DNA of 47,680 nucleotides from Aerococcaceae bacterium (GCA_043424535.1 JBHWOV010000064.1:1-47680), one strand, 5' to 3'; shown: positions 20,128-30,204, numbered from the stretch's first letter. Numbers and translations: made by a program. Notes: generated by a model not told the origin, from the sequence alone.

Positions 20128-20604
20128 TTATTTGTGATAATGTTTAATGCTTTCAATTAATTGATCAATCGAGTCTATGACGACTCCATTAAGCTTAATT
20201 AATCCCACTGTGTAAAGATTGATATAACTAAATTGCGATTCTGCTAATTCTTGTAATGCATCTAGTTTTTGTTGATTTGTTGCTCCTTGTTGACGAGAAT
20301 CGGTATAAAGCCCTATTATTGGTACTCCCGCTTGATAGGCAATGCCGATTTCAGAAGCCACTCCTGGATCAATAGACAGACCGTCTAAAACAGCAATTAG
20401 CAGATCACTTTTTAATAGTGCTTCTGTGTCTAGTTTTGCTATCATTTTAGAATCTGCATAGGATTCTTTATCATTGATATCAGTCTGTTCTTGGGGAAGG
20501 AAAACTTCTATATTTGGAAATTGTTGGCGAATTTTTTCGACAGTGTGTTTATTATATAATAGCTCAGCTTCACTAAATAATGGTGCAGCAAAATAAATAT
20601 GCAT
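20128..20604 (-). CDS. Nucleoside 2-deoxyribosyltransferase family protein
   Basis: IYFAAPLFS, FLPQE, D.G.ASEIG.AY, NLYTVGLIK. Confidence 0.85.
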   Translation of the reverse strand: MHIYFAAPLFSEAELLYNKHTVEKIRQQFPNIEVFLPQEQTDINDKESYADSKMIAKLDTEALLKSDLLIAVLDGLSIDPGVASEIGIAYQAGVPIIGLYTDSRQQGATNQQKLDALQELAESQFSYINLYTVGLIKLNGVVIDSIDQLIESIKHYHK

Positions 20605-20749
20605 AAAATCTCCTCCAAGCTCTTTTTTACTTTATTATAACGGACCCCAAAACGACTATCAAACATCTTTGACTGAGTCTTTTTCACCACATGATTTAAG
20701 TATTATGATAAAATGAATTTCATAAAAACACTGAAGGGAGGATATTAAT

Positions 20750-21274
20750 TTGAAAAGACATGAACAAGGTTTTAGTTGGTGGTATTTTATACTAGGTGTC
20801 ATTCAACTCATCATTGCTTTCATGCTATTTAACAATATCGGTTTAGCAACCCAAGCATTTGTTTACTTTTTAGCTTTCGGTGCGATTTTAAATGGAATAT
20901 TCATATTAATGCTTTGTCAACGTATTAATGAAAGAACGTCTCAAAGTACATGGTCACTTGTTTTATTTGGTGTCCTGGCGATTATTTTTGGTATAGTATT
21001 ACTGTTTAATATTCGTGCAGGCCTATTGGCAGTGCCAATTATTGTCTCTATGATGATGATTTCAGAAGCGATTAATCTTTTAATGCAAGCTACTGCAATG
21101 CGAAGAGTAGGTCTTAATGGTTGGTTTTGGTTTAATCTTATTATTGGTATAATAGGACTAATTTTAGGATTCTTGCTATTGTTTAATCCATTAGCAGCGT
21201 ATATTACTGTAGAATATTTAGCAGGTATTTATTTTATTATTTTTGGTATCCGAAATATTTTATCTGCCTTTTAA
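20750..21274 (+). CDS. HdeD/DUF308 family membrane protein
   Basis: Six hydrophobic segments with repeated W...GI..II.G..LLFNP-type units; TTG start after SD GGGAGG. Confidence 0.8.
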   Translation: MKRHEQGFSWWYFILGVIQLIIAFMLFNNIGLATQAFVYFLAFGAILNGIFILMLCQRINERTSQSTWSLVLFGVLAIIFGIVLLFNIRAGLLAVPIIVSMMMISEAINLLMQATAMRRVGLNGWFWFNLIIGIIGLILGFLLLFNPLAAYITVEYLAGIYFIIFGIRNILSAF

Positions 21275-21283
21275 AAAAAAGAA

Positions 21284-21320
21284 GTGACCTTGATTGCACA
21301 AGCAATCAAGGTCATTTTTT
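21284..21320. terminator. Bidirectional terminator between the hdeD-like and Nudix genes
   Basis: TGACCTTGATTGC-acaa-GCAATCAAGGTCA followed by T6. Confidence 0.88.
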
Positions 21321-21321
21321 G

Positions 21322-21732
21322 TTATTTGTTGATGAATTGGTGAGCTACTTGAAGAATTGCTTGGTCTGAGGCATAAGTGAGTGTTTCATTGGCACTTTCA
21401 TAGGTTAACCACTGAGTCTCAACCACTTCAGCGTCTTGTTTTTTTGTTTGTTGATCATCGGCTTCGGCGACAAAATAAATAACGTCTTTTATAATGCCAT
21501 CGGCTGGTGAATATGTTGTGACTTCTCTAAAATTAGCGTCAATCTTTACTTTCATATTTGTTTCTTCGTCTATTTCACGCAAGGCTGTTTCAATTTCTGT
21601 CTCATTTTCTTCGACATGTCCTTTAGGAAAGGACCAATGGCCACCATTTTGATGTTGAATTAATAAGTATTCTGGCTCCTTTGAATCATTAAGATAATAA
21701 ACAACAGCACCACAAGATTTTTCGTGTTTCAT
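21322..21732 (-). CDS. Nudix hydrolase, bis(5'-nucleosyl)-tetraphosphatase (Ap4A hydrolase)-like
   Basis: EKSCGAVVY, HWSFPKGH, Nudix box GHVEENETEIETALREIDEET. Confidence 0.88.
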   Translation of the reverse strand: MKHEKSCGAVVYYLNDSKEPEYLLIQHQNGGHWSFPKGHVEENETEIETALREIDEETNMKVKIDANFREVTTYSPADGIIKDVIYFVAEADDQQTKKQDAEVVETQWLTYESANETLTYASDQAILQVAHQFINK

Positions 21733-21944
21733 AGTATGCTCCTTCTAAAATAATTGTTAGTCTTTAGTATAATATAAATATAGAATGTGCGTGTAGTAAA
21801 ATTTGTGGATTATGATATTCGTACTTTTTAGAAATGACTACTTTAATTATTTTGAATAATTGATAAAAATATATTGCTTTAAAGACAGTAAAACTGAAAT
21901 GTGTTATATTAGATGTATCAAACCAATTAAATGGAGGGGTTATT

Positions 21945-22928
21945 ATGCCGTTATTTACGGATTTAGGCAAGAAAATTTCAGGAAAAGGAATTCGAATTGT
22001 ATTCCCAGAAGGAACAGATATTCGAGTGCTAGGAGCTGCAGTGCGCTTGAAGGCTGATAATTTAGTCAATCCAATTCTTTTAGGAAATCCAGATGAAATC
22101 GGTGCAGTCGCTGATGAAAATCACTGGACTTTACGCGATATCGAAATCATTGATCCTGCGAACTATGAAAAAATCGACGAAATGGTAGAAGCTCATGTAG
22201 AACGTCGTGCTGGAAAAAGTGACGAAGAGAAATCACGTGAAGCATTAAAAGATGCTGCGACATTTGGCACAATGCTTGTATATCAAGGTTATGCTGATGG
22301 TTTAGTTTGTGGTGCCGTTTATTCAACGAGTGATACTGTTCGTCCAGCATTGCAAATTATTAAAACACGCCCAGGAACTAAATTGACAAGTGGAGCATTC
22401 ATTATGTTGCCACGTGAAGAAGATGGCAATCGCTTCATTTTTGCTGACTGTGCCATTAATATTAATCCAGATGCAGAAGCACTAGCTGGCATTGCAGTTG
22501 AGAGTGCGAAGACAGCTGAATTATTTGATATCGATCCAAAAGTAGCAATGCTTAGCTTCTCAACAAAAGGCTCAGCATCTTCTCCTGAAGTTGATAAAGT
22601 AGTTGAAGCGACACGCATCGCAAAAGAAAAAGCACCAAATTTAGCAATTGATGGTGAATTGCAATTTGACGCGGCTTATGTATATGATGTTGCTCAAAAG
22701 AAAGCACCTGAATCTGAAGTGGCTGGCCAAGCAAATGTCTTTGTCTTCCCAGAAATTCAATCAGGAAATATTGGATATAAGATTGCACAACGTTTTGGTG
22801 GATACCAAGCAATTGGTCCAATCTTACAAGGATTGAACAAACCGATATCCGATTTATCCCGTGGATGTAATGAAGAAGATGTTTATAAATTAAGTATCAT
22901 CACTGCTGTGCAGTCATTGATGGATTAA
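21945..22928 (+). CDS. pta: Phosphate acetyltransferase
   Basis: RIVFPEG, FADCAIN, DGELQFDAA, GNIGYKIAQR, DLSRGC. Confidence 0.97.
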   Translation: MPLFTDLGKKISGKGIRIVFPEGTDIRVLGAAVRLKADNLVNPILLGNPDEIGAVADENHWTLRDIEIIDPANYEKIDEMVEAHVERRAGKSDEEKSREALKDAATFGTMLVYQGYADGLVCGAVYSTSDTVRPALQIIKTRPGTKLTSGAFIMLPREEDGNRFIFADCAININPDAEALAGIAVESAKTAELFDIDPKVAMLSFSTKGSASSPEVDKVVEATRIAKEKAPNLAIDGELQFDAAYVYDVAQKKAPESEVAGQANVFVFPEIQSGNIGYKIAQRFGGYQAIGPILQGLNKPISDLSRGCNEEDVYKLSIITAVQSLMD

Positions 22929-22936
22929 ATCATAAG

Positions 22937-22968
22937 AAATCCCTCTGTCAAAAGACAGAGGGATTTTT
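22937..22968 (+). terminator. Intrinsic terminator of pta
   Basis: AAATCCCTCTGTC-aaaa-GACAGAGGGATTT followed by TT. Confidence 0.88.
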
Positions 22969-22982
22969 CATTTGATATGAAT

Positions 22983-23013
22983 AAAAAAGAGTGATGAAGA
23001 TTTCACCACTCTT
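22983..23013 (-). terminator. Intrinsic terminator of the DUF4430 lipoprotein gene
   Basis: AAGAGTGATGAA...TTCACCACTCTT with an A run on the + side. Confidence 0.75.
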
Positions 23014-23028
23014 AAGAATTTTAATAGA

Positions 23029-23658
23029 TTACTCAGCTGCTGCATCAGAAGCTTCTTCAGCTACATCTTCTGCCGCTTCTGTCATACCAGGATTATCTAA
23101 TTCAACTGCTCCTGCTTCAGCGGGAACGAGATTCATTGGAATTTGATCCGCTGTACCGAAGTACCAAGCAATCGTATCACCATTTTCAACATGTTGAGAG
23201 ACAACTCCGAACTCAGCATATTCTCCATTTAATAGATACGCCCATGTTTGTCCGGTAGTATAATCATTTGTATAATCTCCAATTTGGTCGATGACGCCTT
23301 CTTCTTCATTAAAGTTAAAGTCAAGACCTTCGATTGATTCCATTGCTTCTAGAACGCTAATGTCGTCTGCATTTTCTACGACGAATGTTTCATAAGGTTC
23401 TTCAGAACCATCAACATAAAATTCAAAAGTAACACCTTCAGCATTTGGATCTTCATCATTTGTTTCTTCAGCTTGATCAGATGAACCTTCTGACTCTACT
23501 GATTCAGAAGAAGTTTCGGAACTCTCTTGTTCGGATTCTACGGTTGATTCGACAACTGACTCTGAAGTAGATTCAACTTCTTCAGTGGAATTATTATTAC
23601 AAGCTGCAAGAATAAAAGCTAAAGCAGCTGTTGATAAAATTTTTAGGAACTTTTTCAT
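23029..23658 (-). CDS. Acidic lipoprotein with DUF4430 (transcobalamin C-terminal-like) domain
   Basis: ATG 23658 after SD GGAGG; signal peptide with lipobox LAAC; Ser/Glu linker; SVLEAM...IDQIG...WAYLLNGE...GDTIAWY. Confidence 0.8.
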   Translation of the reverse strand: MKKFLKILSTAALAFILAACNNNSTEEVESTSESVVESTVESEQESSETSSESVESEGSSDQAEETNDEDPNAEGVTFEFYVDGSEEPYETFVVENADDISVLEAMESIEGLDFNFNEEEGVIDQIGDYTNDYTTGQTWAYLLNGEYAEFGVVSQHVENGDTIAWYFGTADQIPMNLVPAEAGAVELDNPGMTEAAEDVAEEASDAAAE

Positions 23659-23693
23659 AATTTGACCTCCTATTATTTGTAAACCTTTACTTA

Positions 23694-23722
23694 AGATTAG
23701 CAATTTTCAGATAATATGTCAA
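23694..23722 (-). promoter_or_regulatory. Sigma-A promoter of the lipoprotein gene
   Basis: TTGACA-N17-TAATCT with extended -10 TG. Confidence 0.7.
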
Positions 23723-23847
23723 ATAATTACTGCATTATAAGCTTTCACTCTTAATAATTTTATGCTAACATAAAACATTGAGTGTAATTATTACTAATTT
23801 AGCAGTGATTTCGCTATAATGAAATTAATAAATCAAGGAGGGGAAGT

Positions 23848-24345
23848 ATGGAAATATATACACAATCATCTCAGGAAACGCAATTGTTTGCTGCCTTACT
23901 TGCCCAATATATACATAAAGGACAGGTTATTCGATTAGAAGGTCCCTTAGGAAGTGGCAAGACGACTTTTACCCAGGGATTAGGTCGCGCGTTAGGTATT
24001 CAAAGAGCGATAAAAAGTCCAACTTATACGATTGTTAAAAATTATCCGCTTGAAGAAGGGGAGTTTATTCATATTGATGCATATCGCCTCGAAGAGGGTG
24101 GAGCTGATACAGTAGATATTGATGCTTTCATGCATGCTGACGCCATTACTTTAATAGAATGGGCCCAATTTATTGAAGATTATTTACCTGAAAAATATCT
24201 CACGATTTATTTTGAACTAAGTGACGATTTTAATCATAGGCGATTGAACATTGAATTTACCAATGGAAACCAACATGATCAAAAAGAACTTGAAAATCTA
24301 GTTAAATCATGGAAGGAGAGAGAAGAATTTGGTAATAGAAGTTGA
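23848..24345 (+). CDS. tsaE: tRNA threonylcarbamoyladenosine biosynthesis ATPase TsaE
   Basis: GPLGSGKTTF, KSPTYTIV, HIDAYRL, IEWA. Confidence 0.96.
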   Translation: MEIYTQSSQETQLFAALLAQYIHKGQVIRLEGPLGSGKTTFTQGLGRALGIQRAIKSPTYTIVKNYPLEEGEFIHIDAYRLEEGGADTVDIDAFMHADAITLIEWAQFIEDYLPEKYLTIYFELSDDFNHRRLNIEFTNGNQHDQKELENLVKSWKEREEFGNRS

Positions 24346-24865
24346 AATTCCATGTGAAGATGGTAAGCTTGATTTACTTATTCGAACAGCAGAACCTTCC
24401 GATAGTCGAGGACTGATTTATTTATTGATGGAGCTCGAGGAAGAGTCAGATTATCTCATGATTGATCGACCTAAAGACGTAATGAGCCAAAGGCAGCTTA
24501 TCAATCAATATGACCAGTCTTTGAATAGTTTATATTTGGTTTTGGAATTAAACGGGCAATACATAGGGATAGCAGTTTTAGCGGGGAATCAACACCCTCG
24601 GCAGCAACACCGTGCTACTCTAGGTGTGGCAATTTTAGAAGACTATTGTGAATTAGGTGTCGGCAGTTTATTATTAGACATATTGATTGATTTTGCTGAA
24701 AATTCAGGAATTGAAGTCATTACTTTGGAAGTTGTGTCAGAAAATAAACGTGCAATTAATTTGTATAAAAAATACAATTTTTCTGAAGTAGGGCACCTTG
24801 CGAATTATTTGAAAAATCAACAACGTACTTATGATGCTATTTTAATGGAAAAAAGTATCATCTAA
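24329..24865 (+). CDS. GNAT family N-acetyltransferase
   Basis: H.ATLGVAI...Y..LGVGS, LEV.SENKRAINLYKKYNF; usual partner of tsaE. Confidence 0.88.
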   Translation: MVIEVEIPCEDGKLDLLIRTAEPSDSRGLIYLLMELEEESDYLMIDRPKDVMSQRQLINQYDQSLNSLYLVLELNGQYIGIAVLAGNQHPRQQHRATLGVAILEDYCELGVGSLLLDILIDFAENSGIEVITLEVVSENKRAINLYKKYNFSEVGHLANYLKNQQRTYDAILMEKSII

Positions 24866-24887
24866 ACTGTATTAAAGGAAGTAGAAA

Positions 24888-25787
24888 ATGAATTACGATT
24901 TATTAAGAGAAAAATACCCTAATTTAACATTGAAATATGATGAGCCTCTATCAAAATACAGTTATACTAAGACTGGTGGCCCGGCTGATGTGATTGCTTT
25001 TCCTGAGTCAGTAGAAGAAGTCAAAGCGATTGTAAATTGGGCACGAGAATATGATGCTCCCTTAACGATTTTAGGAAATTTAAGTAATTTAATCGTTCGT
25101 GATGGTGGAATGAAGGGAATTGTTATTATTCTAACGGAAATGAATAATATCACGGTTCAAGATAATTGTATCTCTGCAGACAGTGGAGCTACGTTGATTG
25201 AAGTGACACAGCAAGCGAGAGATCATCAGTTAACGGGACTTGAATTTGCATGTGGTATTCCTGGAAGTATGGGCGGTGCAATCTTCATGAATGCAGGAGC
25301 TTATGGAGGAGAGATATGTGATATTCCATTAGAAGTGGATACGATATCTAGAGAAGGTGTCTTAAAAACATATACCCTTGATCAATGTGAATTTTCTTAT
25401 CGCCACAGTGTCTTCCAAGATAATCATGATATTATTTTAACAACACGTTTATGGCTCCAAGAAGGTGAGTTAGATGTCATTCAAAATGAGATGGATCGCT
25501 TAACTGAACTACGTGAAAGTAAGCAACCTTTAGAATATCCATCTTGTGGAAGTGTTTTTAAACGTCCTGAAGGATATTTTACTGGAAAATTGATTCAGGA
25601 TGCAGGGCTACAAGGGTATCGCATTGGTGGTGCCGAAATATCAAAAAAACATGCTGGTTTTATTATTAATGTGGATCAAGCAACAGCCACGGATTATATC
25701 AAAATGATTCGTTTTATTCAGGAGACAATTTGGGATTTGAATCAAGTAAAATTAGAACCTGAAGTTCGAATTATCGGCAGAGAGTAG
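24888..25787 (+). CDS. murB: UDP-N-acetylmuramate dehydrogenase
   Basis: GIPGSMGGAIFMNAGAYG, QPLEYPSCGSVFKRP, KHAGFIIN. Confidence 0.97.
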   Translation: MNYDLLREKYPNLTLKYDEPLSKYSYTKTGGPADVIAFPESVEEVKAIVNWAREYDAPLTILGNLSNLIVRDGGMKGIVIILTEMNNITVQDNCISADSGATLIEVTQQARDHQLTGLEFACGIPGSMGGAIFMNAGAYGGEICDIPLEVDTISREGVLKTYTLDQCEFSYRHSVFQDNHDIILTTRLWLQEGELDVIQNEMDRLTELRESKQPLEYPSCGSVFKRPEGYFTGKLIQDAGLQGYRIGGAEISKKHAGFIINVDQATATDYIKMIRFIQETIWDLNQVKLEPEVRIIGRE

Positions 25788-25811
25788 AGAGTCTTATAGA
25801 CTCTCTTTTTT
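25786..25811 (+). terminator. Intrinsic terminator after murB
   Basis: AGAGAGTCT-tat-AGACTCTCT followed by T run. Confidence 0.75.
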
Positions 25812-25940
25812 ATTGTATAAATGTCAAACAGCTTAGAGAGAAAAGATTAATTATTTAAAAAAGAATAGCAAATACCGAAATATTAACGTATAATTTCCTT
25901 GCGATAAATATTGATTAAAAAGCAATAAGGAGATGATAAT

Positions 25941-27034
25941 ATGACGGAATATAGTGTTAAATTGGAAGGTGTCACACAGACATTTGGAGAGACACAAGTT
26001 CTTAAAAGAATAGATATGGAATTAGAAAAAGCAAATTCTACACTTTATTAGGACCATCTGGGTGTGGCAAGACAACAATTTTAAGATTAATTGCTGGATT
26101 TAATGAACCAACTACAGGAGAAATTTTCATCAATAATGAACGGATGACTGAAGTTCCAGCTAGTAAACGAAAAGTAAATACTGTTTTTCAAGATTATGCA
26201 TTATTTCCACATATGGATGTCTTCGAAAATGTTGCTTTTGGTTTAACTATAAAAGGTTTAGATAAACAAATAATCTCTCAAAAAGTAGACGAAGCACTTA
26301 AACTAGTACAGTTAACTGGATTTGAAAAACGTCGCATTCAGGATATGTCAGGTGGTCAAAAACAAAGAGTCGCTATTGCTAGAGCATTAGTAAATGAGCC
26401 AGAAGTCTTGTTATTAGATGAACCGCTCTCTGCGCTTGATTTAAAGTTACGGACAGATATGCAATATGAATTGAGAGAATTACAGCAACGTTTAGGCATC
26501 ACTTTTATTTTTGTAACTCATGATCAAGAGGAAGCACTAGCGATGTCTGATTGGATTTTTGTGTTGAATAATGGAGAAGTGGTGCAGTCTGGTACACCAG
26601 TAGATATTTATGATGAACCAATTAATCATTATGTTGCGGATTTCATTGGCGAAAGTAACATTATACCGGCGACAATGATTGCAGATTATCAAGTTGAATT
26701 TGTTGGTCATATTTTCCAATGTGAAGATGGCGGTATTCCGAGTGGGGAAGCTGTCGAAGTGGTAGTCCGTCCCGAAGATATTAATATTACTGAACCTAAT
26801 TTGGGGCAAATTAATGCAAAAGTAGATACCACTCTTTTTAGAGGCGTTTTTAATGAGATTATTGCTTATGATGAAGAGGAAAATGAATGGATGATTCATA
26901 CAACCAAAAAAATTGAGCCAGGATCATTCATTGGCTTAGAAATTGCTCCATCAGAAATTCATGTAATGCGCTTTAATGAGTCAGAGGATGACTTTGATGC
27001 GCGATTAGAATTGTATGATGAGGGAGATAACTAA
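25941..27034 (+). pseudogene. potA: Spermidine/putrescine ABC ATPase PotA, interrupted by a 1-nt frameshift near 26031 (real lesion or assembly error)
   Basis: The ATG 25941 frame reads MTEYSVKLEG...ELEK and stops at TAG 26049-26051; [15 protein letters not shown] continues in the -1 frame from 26033, in frame with ORF 26144..27034. Confidence 0.85.
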
Positions 27035-27035
27035 T

Positions 27036-27845
27036 ATGAAAAATACAGCAAATCAGCGTTTAGCAATACCTTATATTATGTGGATTGTTTTTTTCGTCCT
27101 TGCACCCTTTGCTTTGCTTATTTATCAGTCATTATTTGATATCCATGGACAATTGACATTGAGCAATTATTTTAATTTTTTAACCTCAAAAAATTATTTG
27201 CTGATGACGATTAGTTCCTTTATTTTAGCAACAATCATTACTATCTTAACACTTTTATTAGCTTATCCTACTGCATATTTACTTGCACAAACTAAATATA
27301 AATTATTATGGAGTATGTTCATTATTTTACCGACATGGATTAATTTATTGCTTAAAGTATATGCTTTTATCGGTATTTTAAGTCAAAGAGGCCCGATTGT
27401 TTCTTGGTTAAATGAATTAGGTTTTCAAGAACCGCAATTATTATTTACAAATCTGTCATTTGTTTTAGTAGCTGTCTATGTTGAATTGCCTTTTATGATT
27501 CAGCCTATTTTTAATTCAATTGATGAAATACCCCAAAATCTCATCGAAGCGTCGACAGATTTAGGTGCTACAAGTTTGCAGACGATTAGACAAATCATTT
27601 TTCCATTGTCTCTACCTGGAGTAAGAAGTGGTATTCAAACAGTGTTTATACCGTCGCTTTCTTTATTTATGATTGCGCGCTTAATTGGCGGAAATCGAGT
27701 GATTACTTTAGGTACAGCTGTAGAACAGCACTTCTTAGTGACTCAAAATTGGGGAATGGGAGCAACCATCGGTGTGATATTAATGATAAGTATGATGTTA
27801 GTTATGTATGTTACACGTGAACGAAGAGGTAATAGTCATGAATAG
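27036..27845 (+). CDS. potB: Spermidine/putrescine ABC permease PotB
   Basis: ILPTWINLLLKVYAF, EAS.DLGA, FIPSLSLF; ATG 27036 after SD GGGAG. Confidence 0.92.
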   Translation: MKNTANQRLAIPYIMWIVFFVLAPFALLIYQSLFDIHGQLTLSNYFNFLTSKNYLLMTISSFILATIITILTLLLAYPTAYLLAQTKYKLLWSMFIILPTWINLLLKVYAFIGILSQRGPIVSWLNELGFQEPQLLFTNLSFVLVAVYVELPFMIQPIFNSIDEIPQNLIEASTDLGATSLQTIRQIIFPLSLPGVRSGIQTVFIPSLSLFMIARLIGGNRVITLGTAVEQHFLVTQNWGMGATIGVILMISMMLVMYVTRERRGNSHE

Positions 27846-28638
27846 AACATTTAAATGGTCTTCGATATATTTGTGGTTTATTTTTTTTGTAATGTATTTC
27901 CCTATAGGTTATTTGATATATTATTCTTTTAATGCAGGCGGCGATATGACAACCTTTACAGGTTTCACATGGGAACATTATATCCATTTATTTCAAGATC
28001 AAAGGTTGATGCGAATTGTTATCGATACCTTTATATTAGCTTTATTATCAGCATCTATTGCGACAGTGATTGGGACCTTTGGAGCAATCTTTATTTTCTA
28101 TGTAAAGGGCTATGGGATGAAACAGACTTTGTTAAGTTTGAATAATGTGTTGATGGTTACACCGGATGTAATGATTGGAGCAAGTTTCTTAATATTGTTT
28201 TCGACGATACTACCTATAACGTTGGGCTTCTGGAGTGTTTTAAGTGCGCATGTAGCATTTAGCATTCCAATTGTTGTATTGATGGTATTACCTCAATTAG
28301 CAGAAATAAATCAAAATATGATCACAGCTGCGCAAGATTTAGGAGCTAATTCAATGCAAATTTTGCGTTATATTCTCTTACCTAATCTGACAAAGGGCAT
28401 AATATCTGGATTTTTTATGGCTTTTACATTTTCATTGGATGATTTTGCGGTAACTTTTTTTGTTACCGGGAATGGTTTCTCGACTATTGCAGTAGAAGTT
28501 TATTCTCGTGCCCGTACCGGAATAAGCTTGGAAATTAATGCTCTTAGTACATTGATGTTTATTATTTCACTCCTTCTTGTGTTGGGATATTATTATATCC
28601 AATCGATGGAACAAAAGGATAAGAAGAGGAGAGTATAA
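27838..28638 (+). CDS. potC: Spermidine/putrescine ABC permease PotC
   Basis: YSFN, AAQDLGA, SLDDFAVTFFVTG, EINALST; ATG 27838 after SD GAGG. Confidence 0.92.
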   Translation: MNRTFKWSSIYLWFIFFVMYFPIGYLIYYSFNAGGDMTTFTGFTWEHYIHLFQDQRLMRIVIDTFILALLSASIATVIGTFGAIFIFYVKGYGMKQTLLSLNNVLMVTPDVMIGASFLILFSTILPITLGFWSVLSAHVAFSIPIVVLMVLPQLAEINQNMITAAQDLGANSMQILRYILLPNLTKGIISGFFMAFTFSLDDFAVTFFVTGNGFSTIAVEVYSRARTGISLEINALSTLMFIISLLLVLGYYYIQSMEQKDKKRRV

Positions 28639-28640
28639 CT

Positions 28641-29717
28641 ATGGCTGTGATGAAGCGTTTTTTTATTGGCATTTTAAGCGTGGTTGGATTATTGATGATA
28701 GGAAAATATTATTTAACGATTTCGAATACAGCCAGTGGCGATAAAATTATCCATTTTTACAATTGGGGAGATTATATTGATCCTGAAATACTAGCTGATT
28801 TTGAGACAGAGTCAGGTTATTCAGTAATCTATGAAACATTTGACTCTAACGAAGCGATGTTAACAAAAGTACGTCAAGGTGGAACGTCTTATGATGTGAT
28901 TGTTCCGAGTGAATATATGGTCGAGTCGATGATCGAAGAAGATTTGTTATTGCCACTGAATCATCATTTACTTCCAAATGTAAAACATATCTCTCCACAA
29001 TTTATGGGGACAACCTACGATCCAGACAATCTCTATTCGATTCCATATTTTTGGGGAACATTAGGAATTGTTTACAATACAAAAGAATTAGGAGAAGTGA
29101 ATTTTGATAGTTGGGATGAATTGTGGAATCCTGACTATCGAAATGAAATACTCATGATAGATGGTGCCCGTGAAGTGCTTGGTATTGGTTTACAATCATT
29201 GGGTTATTCACTAAATGATAAGAATGAATCGCATTTAATGGAAGCAGCTACTAAAATGAAAGCATTAATGCCTAATATTAAAGGATTTGTGACAGATGAA
29301 ATGAAGATGCATTTGACGAACGGAGAAGCCTTAATTGGAGTCACTTATTCCGGAGAAGCTGTTGTTGCGATGGAGATGAATGAAGATCTTGAGTATATTG
29401 TTCCAAAACAAGGGTCGAATATTTGGACAGATAATTTATCTATACCTAAGGGTGCTGATAATATCGAAGGTGCACATGCACTGATTGATTATTTATCACG
29501 TCCTGATATTGCTGCACGTAATGCGGAGTATATTGGTTATGCGACCCCAAATGAAGAAGCAATCGATTTAATAGATGAAGAAATTGCAAATGATTCGAGT
29601 AATTATCCTTCTGAAGCGGTAATGAAACATCTAGAGTTTTATGAGAGTTTAGGTAAATCCACCTTAATCCGTTATAATGATTTGTATTTAGAAATTAAGA
29701 TTGAACCAAGAGATTAA
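28641..29717 (+). CDS. potD: Spermidine/putrescine ABC substrate-binding protein PotD
   Basis: YNWGDYIDP, FDSNEAM, PSEY, PYFWGTLGIVYN, NAEYIGYATPN. Confidence 0.95.
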   Translation: MAVMKRFFIGILSVVGLLMIGKYYLTISNTASGDKIIHFYNWGDYIDPEILADFETESGYSVIYETFDSNEAMLTKVRQGGTSYDVIVPSEYMVESMIEEDLLLPLNHHLLPNVKHISPQFMGTTYDPDNLYSIPYFWGTLGIVYNTKELGEVNFDSWDELWNPDYRNEILMIDGAREVLGIGLQSLGYSLNDKNESHLMEAATKMKALMPNIKGFVTDEMKMHLTNGEALIGVTYSGEAVVAMEMNEDLEYIVPKQGSNIWTDNLSIPKGADNIEGAHALIDYLSRPDIAARNAEYIGYATPNEEAIDLIDEEIANDSSNYPSEAVMKHLEFYESLGKSTLIRYNDLYLEIKIEPRD

Positions 29718-29795
29718 TATGAATTTATAGTGAAGAATCATAAAAAAGCAGATCCTATGGTACAATATTATTATAATTTATGAATGAGGTGACAG

Positions 29796-30185
29796 ATGAA
29801 ACGAATAATTCGTCAAATATTAAATTTTGCATTCGTCGGAGTATTAGCGACTGTCATCGATTATCTTGTCTTCGCTTTACTTTTTAATGGGTTAAAGATT
29901 CATTATTTAGTCGCAACGATTTTAGCTTTTATTATTTCGACAGTATTTAATTATTGGGCAAGTATGCGATTTGTCTTTACTAGTCGTTATCAAGATAATC
30001 AAAAAATGCAAGAGTTTTTAACTTTTGTTGGCTTGAGTATTTTAGGGCTGATGCTTACGACAATCTTGATGAAGATAACAGTAGATTTATTGATGATTCA
30101 TCCTAATATCGCTAAGATATTAGTGACTGGTTTGGTTATGGTGTTTAACTTTATTACGCGTAAAGTTTTTATTGAAGGCCGTTAA
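29796..30185 (+). CDS. GtrA family flippase-like protein
   Basis: 129 aa, four TMs; FAFVGVLATVID, FNY.AS.RFVF, AK...VFNFITRK.F. Confidence 0.9.
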   Translation: MKRIIRQILNFAFVGVLATVIDYLVFALLFNGLKIHYLVATILAFIISTVFNYWASMRFVFTSRYQDNQKMQEFLTFVGLSILGLMLTTILMKITVDLLMIHPNIAKILVTGLVMVFNFITRKVFIEGR

Positions 30186-30204
30186 TCATTGGAAAGAGGG
30201 TATT

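Noticed and set aside
21885..21915. cre (CcpA) site upstream of pta
   Set aside because: TGAAATGTGTTATA lacks the central CG and is better explained as an extended -10 element.
23460..23590. Ser/Glu-rich quasi-repeats as a tandem repeat array
   Set aside because: Low-complexity protein linker with no exact DNA repeat unit.
23659..23847. Cobalamin riboswitch upstream of the DUF4430 gene
   Set aside because: The promoter is about 35 bp from the start codon, and no B12-box is visible.
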